Assembly (NCBI GenBank): GCA_965112155.1
Contig: OZ218103.1
Source of the DNA: Podarcis liolepis
Lineage: Eukaryota
Reading direction: 5' to 3' (one strand)
DNA length: 64,000 bases
Shown here: piece by piece, positions 1-12,912 of the stretch
Position numbering within the stretch: position 1 is the first letter of the stretch
Layout of the letters: the number at the start of each line of letters is the position of its first letter
Program-made: the position numbers and the translations under genes
The notes under the pieces: model-generated
What the model saw: the letters and a program-made list of their open reading frames with translations, nothing else
Database searches by the model: none
Told to the model about the DNA's origin: nothing

Positions 1-820
1 GTATTCTTAATTAAAAATTTGGCTTTAATATCAATTCCACGTGATATTAGCCTAGGGGGATTTTAGCTCCATTACTCATCCCCTGAAAGGTTAGAACCTC
101 TCGTTTTTATGAGATTGCAATCAATTTCTGAGCAGATGAGTTCAAATCTGACTTTTGCAGAGACTCGGGATACATTTGTGCACTGGAGAATGTATTTTTA
201 TTTCCATCTTCATTACTATTCAAATCAATTTATTTTTAGTGGTACATGGTAAGCTCAATAAGAATGTTAAAAGGCCAAATATTTTTTCACTATTATGCAG
301 GTGCAGCTAAAGCTTTATGTGGTGAGTTGAAAGCCTGAGTATCTTCTCATTATAGTGTAAGAAAATCTCCAGTGGAAGAGTGTGTTGAACAAGATTGTCT
401 CTAAGGTCTTGGTTGGCAACTAATTTTCAACCTACTGGCTCACTCCCTTTGGAGACCAGAGAGAGGCAAAAGTTAACCATTTTCTTGGCAGTGAGTGAAT
501 CACTTGCTGTGAGATCCAAGCAAGGGATGGCCTTTGAACAACTGAGCCTCTTAAGGGGGAGAGCCAGGATGCATCTCCATACCAGTTACTGGGAATTGCA
601 GGTGAGGGTACTATTCTGCTCAAGTTCTGCTTGCAGGCATCACATGGCTACTGCGAGAACAGAGCGCTTTTTGGACTGATCATTTACATTACACTTGTAA
701 ATGAGAGAAAGCGACTGATTCAGCTGTAGGGAGAGATGGGGAGGCACATGCAGATATGTATGTGTGGAGCTGGCTGGACTTCTTGCTTAGACACACTAAA
801 AGTGTAGATCTGCTGGGTGT

Positions 821-821
<1 letters not shown>

Positions 822-871
<50 letters not shown>

Positions 872-1097
872 TTATTATTTATACCCCACCCATCTGGCTG
901 GGTTTCCCCAGCCACTCTGGGCGGCTTCCAACAAAACACTAAAATACAATAACCTATTAAACATTAAAAGCTTCCCTAAACAGGGCTGCCTTCAGATGTC
1001 TTCTAAAAGTTTGGTAGTCATTTTTCTCTTTGACATCTGGTGGGAGGGCGTTGCACAGGGCGGGTGCCACTACCAAGAAGGCCCTCTGCCTGGTTCC
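822..1097 (-). mobile_element. L2-clade LINE 3' end with (TTA)n tail (microsatellite about 822-871)
   Basis: Minus-strand translation GTRQRAFLVVAPALCNALPPDVKE...FRRHLKAALFREAF matches the L2 ORF2 C-terminal RAFSVxAPxLWNxLP motif; followed by 3' UTR and simple-repeat tail; same family as 60417-60720. Confidence 0.85.
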
Positions 1098-1173
1098 TCT
1101 GTTGTGCTTGTTCCTCAATAAAGTAAACTTTTGCAATCCTAGCAGGGTTAATCTGCATGCAAAATTTTCCCTA

Positions 1174-1268
1174 GGCACTGGATAGCTCAGTTGATTAGAG
1201 CATGGTGCTGATAACATCAAGGTCACAGGTTTGATCCCCATATCAGACAGTTGCATATTCCTGCACTG
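1174..1268 (+). mobile_element. tRNA(Ile)-derived SINE head, decayed
   Basis: tagctcagttgattagagcatggtgctgataacatcaaggtcacaggtttgatcccc has tRNA-Ile-like A and B boxes and runs into a CR1-like tail. Confidence 0.7.
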
Positions 1269-1518
1269 GACATTTTAAAGGAGAGGTTGGATGGCCATCT
1301 ATCATGAACACTTTGGTTGAGACTCCTTCATTGCAGAGGGGTTGGACTAGATCAGCCTTTTTCAACCTGTGGGTCCACAGATGTTGAACTACAACTCCCA
1401 TCACCCCTAGCTAGCAAGGCCAGAGCTCAGGGATGATGGGTGTTGTAGTCCAACAACATCTGGGTTGAGAACCGCTGGACTAGATGATCCTCAGGGCCCC
1501 TTCCAACTCTACAATTCA
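1269..1518 (+). mobile_element. CR1 LINE 3' end, interrupted by a hAT MITE
   Basis: gagaggttggatggccatct...gggttggactagat|gatcctcagggccccttccaactctacaattc is a typical squamate CR1 3' terminus. Confidence 0.75.
1353..1477. mobile_element. hAT (Charlie/Buster-like) MITE
   Basis: CAG...CTG termini, internal inverted repeat actacaactcccatca/tgatgggtgttgtagt, exact 8-bp TSD GACTAGAT at 1345-1352 and 1478-1485. Confidence 0.9.
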
Positions 1519-1744
1519 GCGATTGATTCAATGATCAGTATCATTGGCTAGATTAGGTAATGTTTTGAGTTTCGTTTCCTTCAATACAGGGAGCCCTTGG
1601 GCAAAGTGCTTCCTGGAGAGCCACTTCATCGGTGGATCCCAGTGGGAAGCAGCAGTGTTCTCGGAGTTGCATCAGGAGCAGTGTTGGAGATTAAAATGGT
1701 GGCTGCACCTAGCTGCCTAGCACTGCACAGAGAGCAGGTCTAGA

Positions 1745-2530
1745 TGTTGTTGTTGTTTAGTCGTTTAGTCGTGTCTGACTCTTCGTGACCCCATGGACCA
1801 GAGCACGCCAAGCCCTCCTGTCTTCCACTGCCTCCTGCAGTTTGGTCAAACTCATGCTGGGAGCTTCGAGAACACTGTCCAACCATCTTGTCCTCTGTTG
1901 TCCCCTTCTCCTTGTGCCCTCAATTTTCCCCAACATCAGGGTCTTTTCCAGGGAGTCTTCTCTTCTCATGAGGTGGCCAAAGTATTGGAGCCTCAGCTTC
2001 AGGATCTGTCCTTCCAGTGAGCACTCAGGGCTGATTTCCTTCAGAATGGATAGGTTTGATCTTCTTGCAGTCCATGGGACTCTCAAGAGTCTCCTCCAGC
2101 ACCATAATTCAAAAGCATCAATTATTTGGCGATCAGCCTTCTTTATGGTCCAGCTCTCACTTCCATACATCACTACTGGGAAAACTATGGCTTTAACTAT
2201 ATGGACCTTTGTTGGTCTCTGCTTTTTAAGATGCTGTCTAGGTTTGTCATCGCTTTTCTCCCAAGAAGCAAGCGTCTTTTAATTTCGTGACTGCTGTCAC
2301 CATCTGCAGTGAACATGGAGCCCAAGAAAGTAAAATCTCTCACTGCCTCCATTTCTTCCCCTTCTATTTGCCAGGAGGTGATGTGCCCAGTGGCCATGAT
2401 CTTCGTTTTTTTGATGTTGAGCTTCAGACCATATTTTGTGCTCTCCTCTTTCACCCTCATTAAAAGGTTCTTTAATTCCTCCTCACTTTCTGCCATCAAA
2501 GTTGTGCCATCTGCATATCTGAGGTTGTTT
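1745..2530 (-). mobile_element. BovB (RTE-clade) LINE, 5'-truncated 3' portion; RT pseudogene
   Basis: ORFs 2197-2499 and 1757-2173 encode BovB RT C-terminal sequence (MAESEEELKNLLMRVKEES..., ELWCWRRLLRVPWTARRSN..., WRALVHGVTKS); (CAA)n tail; catalytic motif reads YADG; frameshift near 2215. Confidence 0.95.
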
Positions 2531-2631
2531 CCATAAAGAGGGAGCCTGGGCAGGCATCAGTGGTCGACTCCAGCAGCTGCCCAATGATGCTAAATGCTGA
2601 GGTCAGCCCTACTTCAAAAATCTGTTGGTAG

Positions 2632-2990
2632 TTATTTATTTATAAAAAAAGAATTTATCTACCACTCTATCATAGAAATATATCAAATCGGTTTACTGCA
2701 ATATAAAACCATGTAGTAAAGCCATACAGAAAAGCTACCAAAAGAATTAAAAACAAGTAACAGTAGACCGTTGTGGGGGATGTACTCTTAATTGCCTGCA
2801 CAGGCTTGGCGGAATAGAAAAGTTTTCAGCAGGCGTTGAAATGTTGGCACAGAAGGTGCCTACTGAATCTCTCCTGGCAGGGTGTCCCATAGGACCGGCT
2901 CAGTTTCTCTTGTAAAATGAGCCTCACCAACTCTGGGACCAGCCAGATAATCTCAATGATCAAACTGGGATATAAGGGTTCAGGCACACC
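2632..2990 (-). mobile_element. Old L2-like LINE 3' fragment
   Basis: ttatttattt tail followed by aagttttcagcaggcgttgaa...ggcagggtgtcccatag, resembling the reverse complement of the L2 ORF2 end. Confidence 0.5.
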
Positions 2991-4065
2991 TTGCAAGAGC
3001 AGTTTGCACGTTCAGGTAGTTAAACCTTATTTTCACAACATTGAACAGCCTAGATGCATCTGTTGATGCAGACTGGAATGTGTTTCCATATTCCCAACTA
3101 CAAGTGAAGAGAGATTAGTCGCTTACTTCTAAAGCTGAGCTATGGCCGCTGTTAACAGTGAAATAAAAATTTTCCTGTTCTCAGACTGATTTTGTACATC
3201 TGATTTTGTATACTTGATACTTCTCTATAAAAGTAAAACCTATGGGGAATGGTGTGAGAGAGTTTGGAGAATGTAAAAATCCTCCCCTTGCTCTAATCAT
3301 ATAGATGACAGGAACAGTTTCATGTGATTTTTGTAATTTTAATTTCGTCTCCCCTGAATGTAATTTAAAATTTTATACACACAACTGTTTTGGTCATTAG
3401 TATTCTTTTCTTTGAATCTAAAGTGTAACGGTCTTTCTATGAATGATTGTGCAGTCATGCCACAGCTGAGGTGAAGATTTAGCTTCAAATAAATCATTTC
3501 CACATTCTTGCTTAAGTGGCTATTTTAGAGTAGGGAAACACATTTTCTATTGGGATGTAATGCTGCAATTTCCTTGACCTAAGGTCTGAACAATTTTTGA
3601 GCAATGTAGGTTTAGTAGTTTAACAACGAAAAAGAAATATATATATATATAAATGAAAGAAGCAAAAAAAAAAAAAGGTAAATAAAAGTACCAAAATCTG
3701 TAGAACTAAAACCAAATGAATTAATCATCTTTTAAAAATTAGTTTGACGGATGCGAAGTTCCACACATAACTTTATGAAAACAAGGAGCAATACAGTATG
3801 AGTCTAAGGGCCACTTATATTATATATTAGGTGTATACCTATTGTTATCAGGGAACAGTGATTTACTACAGCTGTTTACTTAGCATATTTAAAAGCATCT
3901 TAGTCCAGTCTTTGATTCCTGAATTCTGATTCAACAGTGCTCAGCCAATGAGCTCTAAGGAGCACACTCATCATAGCATGAAGGCAATATGCTTTTTATT
4001 CATTTTGATTGTATTCAGTAAAGTCCTACTCAGAGTATACCGACTGGAATTAATGAGCCTAAGTT

Positions 4066-4418
4066 AGGTAAAGATAAAGGGATCCCTGACCATTAGGTCC
4101 AGTCATGACCAACTCTAGGGTTGCGGCGCTCATCTTGCTTTATTTGCCGAGGGAGCCGGCGTACAGCTTCCGGGTCATGTGGCCAGCATGACGAAGCCGC
4201 TTCTGGCGAACCAGAGCAGCGCATGGAAACGCTGTTTACCTTCCCACCGGAGCGGTACCTATTTATCTACTTGCACTTTGACGTATTTCAACCTGCTAGG
4301 TTGGCAGGAGCAGGGACTGAGCAACAGGAGCTCACCCCGTTGCGGGGATTCAAACTGCCGACCTTCTGATCGGCAAGTCCTAGGCTCTATGGTTTAACCC
4401 ACAGCGCCAACCACGTCC
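4066..4418 (-). mobile_element. Sauria SINE (Squam1), full length
   Basis: Reverse complement of the Sauria layout (ggacgtgg...tgtgggttaaacc ... tttacct tail); closely similar to the copies at 12562 and 14141. Confidence 0.92.
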
Positions 4419-4969
4419 ATATTCTATTATAGTATTTGCCAAAATCATAATCCATTTCATAGTTGCAGCTACACATGACCAGCTGACAGTAATGTCTTGC
4501 TGGTGGGTTTCCCATAGACATCTGGTCAGCCACTATGGGAACAAAATGCTAGACTAGATAGTACCATGGTTGCTGTGCTTATACCCTGCAGACTTTTCCT
4601 GTATGGAGCACATAAAATGGGAAAGGAAGAGAACTATTCCCAAACACTCAAAAGGACAGATGGATGCCAACAATTCTGGGCAATTGCAATTGAGCCACAA
4701 ATCCCGGGCACATGTCTGTCACATGTATGGAAATGAGCACATTGCCCTTTCACACTTACTACATTTTGCAACCAGAATAGCGTGTGGAGGAAGAAAAGGA
4801 GAAATCATTATTTTGCAACTGTTCATGTCCGTAAGGGGATGGTGTGGGGCTAGCCATTAACTAATCAAATTTCAGAATACTCTAGCATTAAATGGTGACT
4901 CTGTTTTTACTGTTTTACTCTGTGTTTACTGTTTTAACTGCTTTTGAACATAATAGACCTGCAGGATTA

Positions 4970-5195
4970 CAGTGGTACCTCGGGTTACATACGCTTCAGG
5001 TTACAGACTCCGCTAACCCAGAAATAGTGCTTCAGGTTAAGAACTTTGCTTCAGGATGAGAACAGAAATCGTGCTCCGGCGGCGCGGCAGCAGCAGGAGG
5101 CCCCATTAGCTAAAGTGGTGCTTCAGGTTAAGAACAGTTTCAGGTTAAGAACGGACCTCCGGAACGAATTAAGTACTTAACCTGAGGTACCACTA
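4970..5195. mobile_element. Tigger/pogo-like (TcMar) MITE inserted into a CR1 3' tail
   Basis: TIR CAGTGGTACCTCGGGTTA / TAACCTGAGGTACCACTA, TA flanks at 4968-4969 and 5196-5197, internal ttcaggttaagaac repeats; CR1 tail continues at 5198-5330. Confidence 0.85.
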
Positions 5196-5877
5196 TATCT
5201 AGTCCTGCATCCTGTTCTCACAGTGGCCAGCTAGATGCCTATGGGAAACCCACAAGCGGCACCTGAAAGCAGCAGCTCTTTCCACACTTGTGGACTCCGA
5301 GCAACTGATATACAGTGGAATTCTGCTCACAGATCTTTCTGGATCCATCCAACCCCAACCCAAAAACATTTCAACAGTAACACTTCGGTGGTGAATTGCA
5401 TGATGAGGTAACAAGTGATACGGAGTCCTATATGGATGAAATTTGAATGTGGAAGAGAACAGTGTGAGAGTCTGCTATTTATTGCACGTGGATTAATCTT
5501 AAAGGGAGGACACTGGTGCCGAATTAAGTCAAGTTCAGTATCTTGATGTCAAGTAACCTGTACTAAGAAGTGGGGGGTGGGAACAAGTTATTTTATGAGA
5601 TCAATTCACAGCTATATAACTTGGGCAGCATTTTTGCAGCCACTTGACTTTGTTGAGATGGAAGGAGTTGGAAGTGGTCGAAGTGATTCCACCCTAACAG
5701 CAAACCTAAGCAATGCGCTTGCTTTCCAAACAGCTTAAAATAAATAAATCAAATCAAATCCCTAAAACCCTTGTAATGGGCTGTCAGGCAAGCTGATTAT
5801 CTTTTCAGCAGTCTTTTATTAAGTTAATACCTACAGATGCTCCCTCGGTTGATGCCAACAGGTAATCTATTCTGGAA

Positions 5878-6235
5878 GGGACGCGGGTGGCGCTGTGGGT
5901 AAAAGCCTCAGCGCCTAGGGCTTGCCGATCGAAAGGTCGGCGGTTCAAATCCCCGCGGCGGGGTGCGCTCCCGTTGCTCGGTCCCAGCGCCTGCCAACCT
6001 AGCAGTTCGAAAGCACCCCCGGGTGCAAGTAGATAAATAGGGACCGCTTACTGGTGGGAAGGTAAACGGCGTTCCGTGTGCTGCGCTGGCTCGCCAGATG
6101 CAGCTTTGTCACGCTGGCCACGTGACCCGGAAGTGTCTGCGGACAGCGCTGGCCCCCGGCCTCTTAAGTGAGATGGGCGCACAACCCTAGAGTCTGTCAA
6201 GACTGGCCCCTTACGGGCAGGGGTACCTTTACCTT
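5878..6235 (+). mobile_element. Sauria SINE, divergent CpG-rich subfamily
   Basis: GGGACGCGGGTGGCGCTGTGG head, acctttacctt tail, exact 14-bp TSD TAATCTATTCTGGA at 5863-5876 and 6236-6249. Confidence 0.95.
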
Positions 6236-7765
6236 TAATCTATTCTGGAGGGTGCTTGTTCAATGACTTTTGATGGCTGCTGGTTGCTGGCCACATGTAC
6301 TGAACACAGAGGTTGAGTGTTTTGTCTATATGTAAGTGTGGGTGACTAGAGAGAAAAATCAGCATAGGTAGGTAGCTAACAAAGGGAAGGGAAGTTTTGG
6401 GTTTTGTGGTTGCCCTGATGTTGCCTTGCCTTGCCTTTTTTTTTTTTTTTTTTTTTTGAGGGGGGGACTGGTGCTTTTAAAAATACCAACTATATGTCTG
6501 TTGGTTTGCCTTCTTCCCCAAGTAACTCACGTATTTGTAAAAGGCACAAGTCTCCTGTTCTTTCACCTCACGAGGAAGTTTGCCCTGTGAAAGGCAGCAC
6601 CCATGAAAATTCCTTTTGTTTGGGGAAGGGGGAGCTGAGGGGGGAAACTATCAAAAGTGGGCTGATTGTGAGAAGAAATACCACATAAATTATTTCTTGG
6701 AAAATGCTTAGTGACACTTAGAATTGATTAACATTTCTGTGCTTTCTTTTGTTCTCATTCAAGGGGGAATCTTTTCAAAGCACCCTATTCAGGCTAAATG
6801 TAAAACTTTCAAAATGCCTTGGCCTTGAAGTGCACAGAGATACATGAGGATGGATACATCAGCGGAAAATGGTTTAAAAATATGTCAGTGTAAGTCCCCA
6901 CACCCCACACTAGCCAAGTAGATTGTAAGTCTGCCGGTTTATCAACAAATAAAGATACAATATTGTTTAGTGCTACCTACTTCTCAAATCACAAAAGTGG
7001 TTTTCGTGAGGGCTAGACAATACAGAGCAAGAATGTATGTTTAAAGATGCATTTTTTCGCCAGATTTTTTCTGACGAAGAACAATGCATTGCTATGATTT
7101 TATAATTATGTTTTAAATTTCATGAGCTTAGTGAAATAAATTATGTGGCTTTGCTAGATCTTAAATAGTTTTGTTCCACTTTAGACCCACAGCTGGAAGA
7201 AATTAGGAAGACATATATTTTGTTTTTCTTTCAAGAGAAAGAAAAAATTATGAAATTACTTTCTGATCCTATGCATGTTTACACTGAGTTCAGTGGTACT
7301 TATTTCCAATTAAATGTGTATAGGATTGCAGCTTTAATTTCACTACGCCTCTGCTATGACATTCATAATCAGTAAATGTGAGCTATAGTGGCCCAAGAGA
7401 GGAAGATTTCGATTTCATCTCCGGTCTGCTGTTCACAGTATAACAATCTCACTGAATGCAGCTCCTTTGGTCTCTGCCAGCTCTCACGTTCAACCAGCTT
7501 TTAAAGAATGCTTTGTATGCCGGAAAAAAACCCTGGTTCAATCTCTTCTGTGTCTAGGTAAGGCTGGAAAAAGCACCAACGAGCCAGTTATTGTAGACCA
7601 ACCAATTGTATGTCTCAATATGTCAGCTTCCTAAATTTATATTGGGCACTATATTTTATTTGGTATGTGTTCCCCAGAGAAGTACTGTGCGCTTGCATTA
7701 GATTTGCACCCTCTGCCATTGACTTTTGGCTTTTTCACTGCAAGTTTTGAAATGCAGAAGCTCTG

Positions 7766-7821
<56 letters not shown>

Positions 7822-8050
7822 TTATTTATATCCCGCCCTTCCCAGCTGAAGCCAGGCTCAGGGCAGCTAACAACAATAAAATAATACAACATTCTAAAAT
7901 CATTTCATTATAAAATTAATTCAAATCAAATTGATGGCAACCATTGGGCTAGAGTTCTGTGAAGATTGCCAAAGGAGGGAGTCAGGCTGTGCCCTGGCCA
8001 AAGGCCTGGTGCAACAGCTCTGTCTTGCAGGCCCTGTGGAAAGATGTCAA
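7766..8050 (-). mobile_element. L2-clade LINE 3' end with (TTA)n tail (microsatellite 7766-7820)
   Basis: (AAT)n followed by tttatttatatcccgcccttccc...ggctcagggcagctaac and ccaaaggcctggt...caggccctg, the reverse complement of an L2-type terminus. Confidence 0.7.
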
Positions 8051-8507
8051 CCATAGATTGGTTATCTGCACATTCGGCTGCGTAACTTTGATGGTGCGCC
8101 ATGGAGATTAAGACTACATTCTTATGCACATCTACCCAGCAGCAACAAGCACAGGAAGACCTTTCTCTCCTTAGTAAAGATTAATGGGATTGGGCTGCAC
8201 AAATTACGGTATCTCTGATGACTCAGACATAATTTTGCAGTGACCAAGCTCTTGCGGATTAACGAAGCAGAAAAACAAAAACAGCAAAAGAGGCTTGCTA
8301 CAGCCCTGTGCCTTGAGGTCACTGCTCGGTGTTGCATCATCTGCATTGCTGTGGGATTATGTGTACTTTCAAATTAAGAACAAAACGGCTAAAGTGAATG
8401 CCAGTCTTTCACTTTTGCGCAGATGTTATAATTACATTTATATGTTAACTATGTGGGAATTGGAAGTTATGCAAAACGAATAGTTTTACTCAGAGTTGAG
8501 TATCCAT

Positions 8508-8642
8508 GGGAAAGGGCTATAGCTCAATGGTACAGCAACCGTGTTACATGCAGAAGTCAAATTTCCAGCATCTCCAGGTCAGAGATGCTGCCAGCCTGTG
8601 TAGACAATATTGAGCTGGATGGACCAGTGGCCTGACAGCTTT
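8508..8642 (+). mobile_element. tRNA-derived SINE with CR1-type tail (Squam2-like), decayed
   Basis: gggctatagctcaatggta head; tgtagacaatattgagctggatggaccagtggcctga tail; related remnants near 7505-7635, 19215-19280, 33825-33960 (minus strand) and 51385-51570. Confidence 0.6.
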
Positions 8643-11600
8643 CTGTGATACATGGAAAAATGTCTTATTCTAGTACAGAAGTGGTGTGTGTGCATGCAGT
8701 CATCAGATTGCGAACAACATTCTTCCCCGCTTTGGAACAAGAAATTTGCCTTTGCTCATATATGTGAGTTTCATAAATTTGTGATTCTCAAAAAGAGAGG
8801 TACATGTGTGTCCCTGTGCACTTGTGTGTGTTCAAGGAGAGGAGGTTTACCTTGACCTCTCCCCTCCTCTTAATGCATCAGCTTAGGTTTTGTTTTGTAT
8901 TTCTTTTTCCCCCCTTTTTTTAAAAAAGATTTTTATTGATACAACAAGAAAAAAACACACAAATACCAAATTACACACAAAAATAACCATAGACACATAA
9001 TTTTCTTAGCAAACAATAAAACATATATTGGTCTTAACACTAAAGACCTGTCTATTCCATATTTCAATTTCATATTACTGTACTTATTGCCAATACATAC
9101 TTTTATCATAATTAAACTTATTCTTAATATATCTAATTTCTTATATCTACCTTGCCACTATTACTGAAGTTCCTCGAATGTATTTCTTATTGAATTGAGA
9201 GCCATTGTCAGGTGTGGCATATATCAGATGGGGTGCAGAGATCTCAGTCAGGATAAGATTCTCAGAAAGGGTTGACTGCCTTGTACTTGGATAAATAATG
9301 AGATTAAATAGTGAAACGAAACAAAAATACCACAGTGTGTTTTGAGAGCATTTGTTGAGGTTCCATTTTTAGGACTCAAGCCTCCAAAAGAAGGATATAG
9401 CAAGGCTAGCAGCACAGATAATTCAATTCTCCCACTCCCACTCCTCCACCCAGCTCAGAAAAGGGACTAAAGTCTCTGGCATGTATTCTTCCTTCATACG
9501 TCTAAATAATGGTTTCTAACAACTGCCATTTAGTGTATTTTAGCTAAAAATGTAAATCATCTTAAGAAAAAAAAATTAGATGTACCATATGGAGATTGGC
9601 GTAATTCTTCCCTGGCCTCTCTAAATGATGCTTGTGACTGGTGTAATACTAACTGTGCAAATCTATATACGGTATGTCTGCTGTAAAGTAAGATGCATTG
9701 AGGTCAATGAGACCTATTCCTAGGCATGTCAGGCTACAATTCAGGCTAAGAGAGTGTGTTGAGAAAGGCCTAGTTCAGATCACATCCCAAAATAAATGAA
9801 TGACCTTAGGTAAGCCTCATTCTTTCCACCTCAGCCCATTCTGTACCATACTTTTGGTCTGTCTTCCAGGACTGTTGAAATCACCAGGCCATTAAACTAT
9901 TCAGGAGCAGTTGTGAGCCTGAGATGTCTGTCCCTTCCTTTCTAGTATTCTTATTGTGGGATTGGGATACCTCATATATGTTCGTTCTTCACAATGTCTA
10001 CCCAGCATCATTGGGATCAAAATGGCAGCCTGATGCTGAAAGGCCAACAATGTAGGCCCCACAGGCAGACCTTCATGGGGAAACCATTTCATAATGGGGT
10101 GCTACAACCAAGAGGTCCCTGTCTCCAAGTGTCATCTGCCATCATCACTTCAGACAATAAGACACCTAGAGGAGGACCTCCAATGATTACCTGAGGACAT
10201 AGGCAGGCACATGTTGGTGTTGACAAGCCCTCAGGTACCCATGTACAAAACCATAAAAGTGCTTCCCTCTTCCCTTAGAATTCCCACTCCAGTAAGCATA
10301 TAGTCCTACTTCTTCTCCTTTCTCTTCCCTTTTCTGACCTAGATCAGCTATGAACATCTCTGGAGCAGCTATCCAACTTACATTTGCTCCTAAGGTGATT
10401 TAAACCCCCTTAGTGAGGTCTTCAGACCACCAGTGGTCCATGGGCTTCTATGAAGTGGTCCACAGTGGTACTGCAATGTGGTGTAATTTCTCTTATTTCT
10501 TATTGTATTGACATTTTGAATTGCATTTTTTAAAAAGAACAGTGCATTACAATTGCTCAACAATAGGCAGGGTGGGGACATTAAACTGTCTTCTAAGACT
10601 CTCAGCCATTTTTGGGGACTGGGGAGGAAGTTTGGGAACCACTAGTATCAATGCTAATTTCCACTTCCCACATTCAAAGCCCATTCTTTCCCTCAAAGAA
10701 TTCTGGGCACTGTGGTTTGTGAAGGGTTGCTGGAATTGTTACTCTGTGAGGAGTAAACTCTAGCACCCAGAAGTATTTGAGAGGAAAATGCACTTTCTAA
10801 CATTTCAGATTTCAGATGGGCAGAGAGATTTTAATCCACGTAGTAGAAAGATTCAGCAAATCCCAAAGGCCCTCTCTTGGATTATATTCAAGTTTATATT
10901 GCAAATAAATAAAATATAGGGTATTTTAAAAGGGCATTTGTTGTGACTATTTTCTTTTCTGCTTCACAGTACATATAATAATGTTATTAGTTACATGAAA
11001 CTTGAATTATTATTTTTTATCTGGCTTGTCACTTCTCATCTAGATCCCAACCTTTTCATGAAGATAATTAAGAATCTTGTGCAAAGACATCCAGTCTGTG
11101 ACATCTACATATTATTAGCATCATAAAATAGTTTTCAATTAATTTTTAAATTTTTTTTTAAAGTTATGAGGTAGGTTTTCAACCCTGATTAAGTATTCCT
11201 GATTCATGCATGATTTCTGGGAAATCTCTGTGGCTGAACTTGTGCAATTGCCACCTCTTGGGTTTGTTTTTCAATTATGATCGCTTTCCTCCAATTTATA
11301 GCTGCAGCCATTCTTATGTTATCATAGTGATTTATCTGCTCAGGAATTCTGGTGTGTTTTTTTTTATCTGCTGATTGCTTTAGTGAATTCTATCATAAAG
11401 GTGATGACACAATGTCAGTTGACTGGCTAACCTAATCATTAGATCTATAGTAACACTATAGTTTGTTTTTCCAGGCAATTGCTATGTTAATTTGCCACAC
11501 TGTCAACCTACAGAAGGTGGAAATAACAGGGTATGACAACTGCATTACTTCAGCAGCATCATAAACGAGAGTGGCAGCTGGGAATGTTTAATAAACAGTG

Positions 11601-11932
11601 TACATTTTAAAATAGTCCAGAGAAGAAAAAAATTCCCTTTTGCAATAGTTACAACTTTTATAAATAGTGTTGCTCCTTTTTACTTGCCCTGATCTCAGGC
11701 CTGAAGCACACAAATGAAGCTTTTACCACATCTCCAACACCTGGAAAAGTTTGACTGCTTCCCCTGCCAGCTTGCTGTTTAAAAGCACAGGGACAGAAGT
11801 AAACAATAGTTGGCAAGACTAGCTAAGAAAAATAAATTATTCTGTATATTTGCTGGTAACACTGTGTTTATTAATACTCAAATGTACCTAGTTATGGGAT
11901 ACAGTGTTTGAGGTCTGCTCATATTTGCTGCC

Positions 11933-11987
<55 letters not shown>
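11933..11987. repeat. (TTA)n microsatellite
   Basis: Pure trinucleotide run. Confidence 0.97.
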
Positions 11988-12315
11988 TTATTTACTAGCC
12001 TGCACCTGTGCTTTTAACTGCAACATGATATGCAGAAATTATGGCAGTGAAGCTTTCATAATCCCTTCATCCTCCTTGCAGGAAAAGACTTGCTTTATTT
12101 CTGGGTGCCTGCTGCTGTGCAAGGCATAGGATCAGGAAGAATAAAAAAAGTTTGCAACTCTTACTGTTTATGCAAGCTAGACAGCGAGACTTAAGTGGGT
12201 GCTTGCCATTTCCCCCTTTATATTTACTTCTCCTTCAGAAATCTAATATGTAGAATAAGGTTTACCCCCATTCAAGATGCACTTTGCCCTGTCTGTGCCC
12301 ACCCAGTAGTTTATT

Positions 12316-12468
12316 ACTGGGTGACCTTGGACTAGTCACTGCCTCTCAGCCAGCCTACCTCACAGGGTGGTTGTGGGGATCAAATGAGGAGAGGGAGAAC
12401 CATGCGGGCCACCTTGAGTTCCTGGGAGGAAAAAACAGGTGGCATATAAATGAAAATAAATAAATAAA
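12316..12468 (+). mobile_element. Squam3-like SINE, 3' part
   Basis: ctgggtgaccttggactagtcactgcctctcagcc...acctcacagggtggttgtg...ataaataaataaa; shares its core with the copy at 63568. Confidence 0.8.
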
Positions 12469-12561
12469 TCAGTGCGAGATTCAAACTCTTTGGAGTTGCT
12501 ACCTAGGTGCAAGTTGAGTTCTTTTGTTTTCCAAATTAATATGGGTGTAACTGTCATGGGT

Positions 12562-12912
12562 GGGACGCAGGTGGCGCAGTGGGTTAAACCACAGAGCCTA
12601 GGACTTGTTGATCAGAAGGTCGGCGGTTCGAATCCCGCGACGGGGTGAGCTCCTGTTGCTCGGTCCCTGCTCCTGCCAACCTTGTAGTTAGAAAGCACGC
12701 CAAAGTGCAAGTAGATAAATAGGTACTGCTCCGGCGGGAAGGTAAATGGTGTTTCCGTGCGCTGCTCTGGTTCGCCAGAAGCGGCTTAGTCATGCTGGCC
12801 ACATGACCCGGAAGCTGTTCGCCGGCTCCCTCAGCCAATAAAGCGAGATGAGCGCCACAACCCCAGAGTCGGCCATGACTGGATCTAATGGTCAGGGGTC
12901 CCTTTACCTTTT
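12562..12912 (+). mobile_element. Sauria SINE, full length
   Basis: Head gggacgcaggtggcgc, tail ccctttaccttt, 12-bp TSD TAACTGTCATGG at 12548-12559 and 12913-12924. Confidence 0.95.

Noticed and set aside
756-1121. Homopolymer-rich ORFs (also 7698, 11908, 60540, 63775)
   Set aside because: Produced by microsatellites at retroposon tails
1174-1250. tRNA-Ile gene
   Set aside because: Acceptor and T-arm pairing is broken, the B box is mutated, and the sequence continues into a retroposon tail, so it is a SINE head
1785-2282. 165-aa plus-strand ORF (and 20314-20748)
   Set aside because: Antisense frame of the BovB reverse transcriptase region
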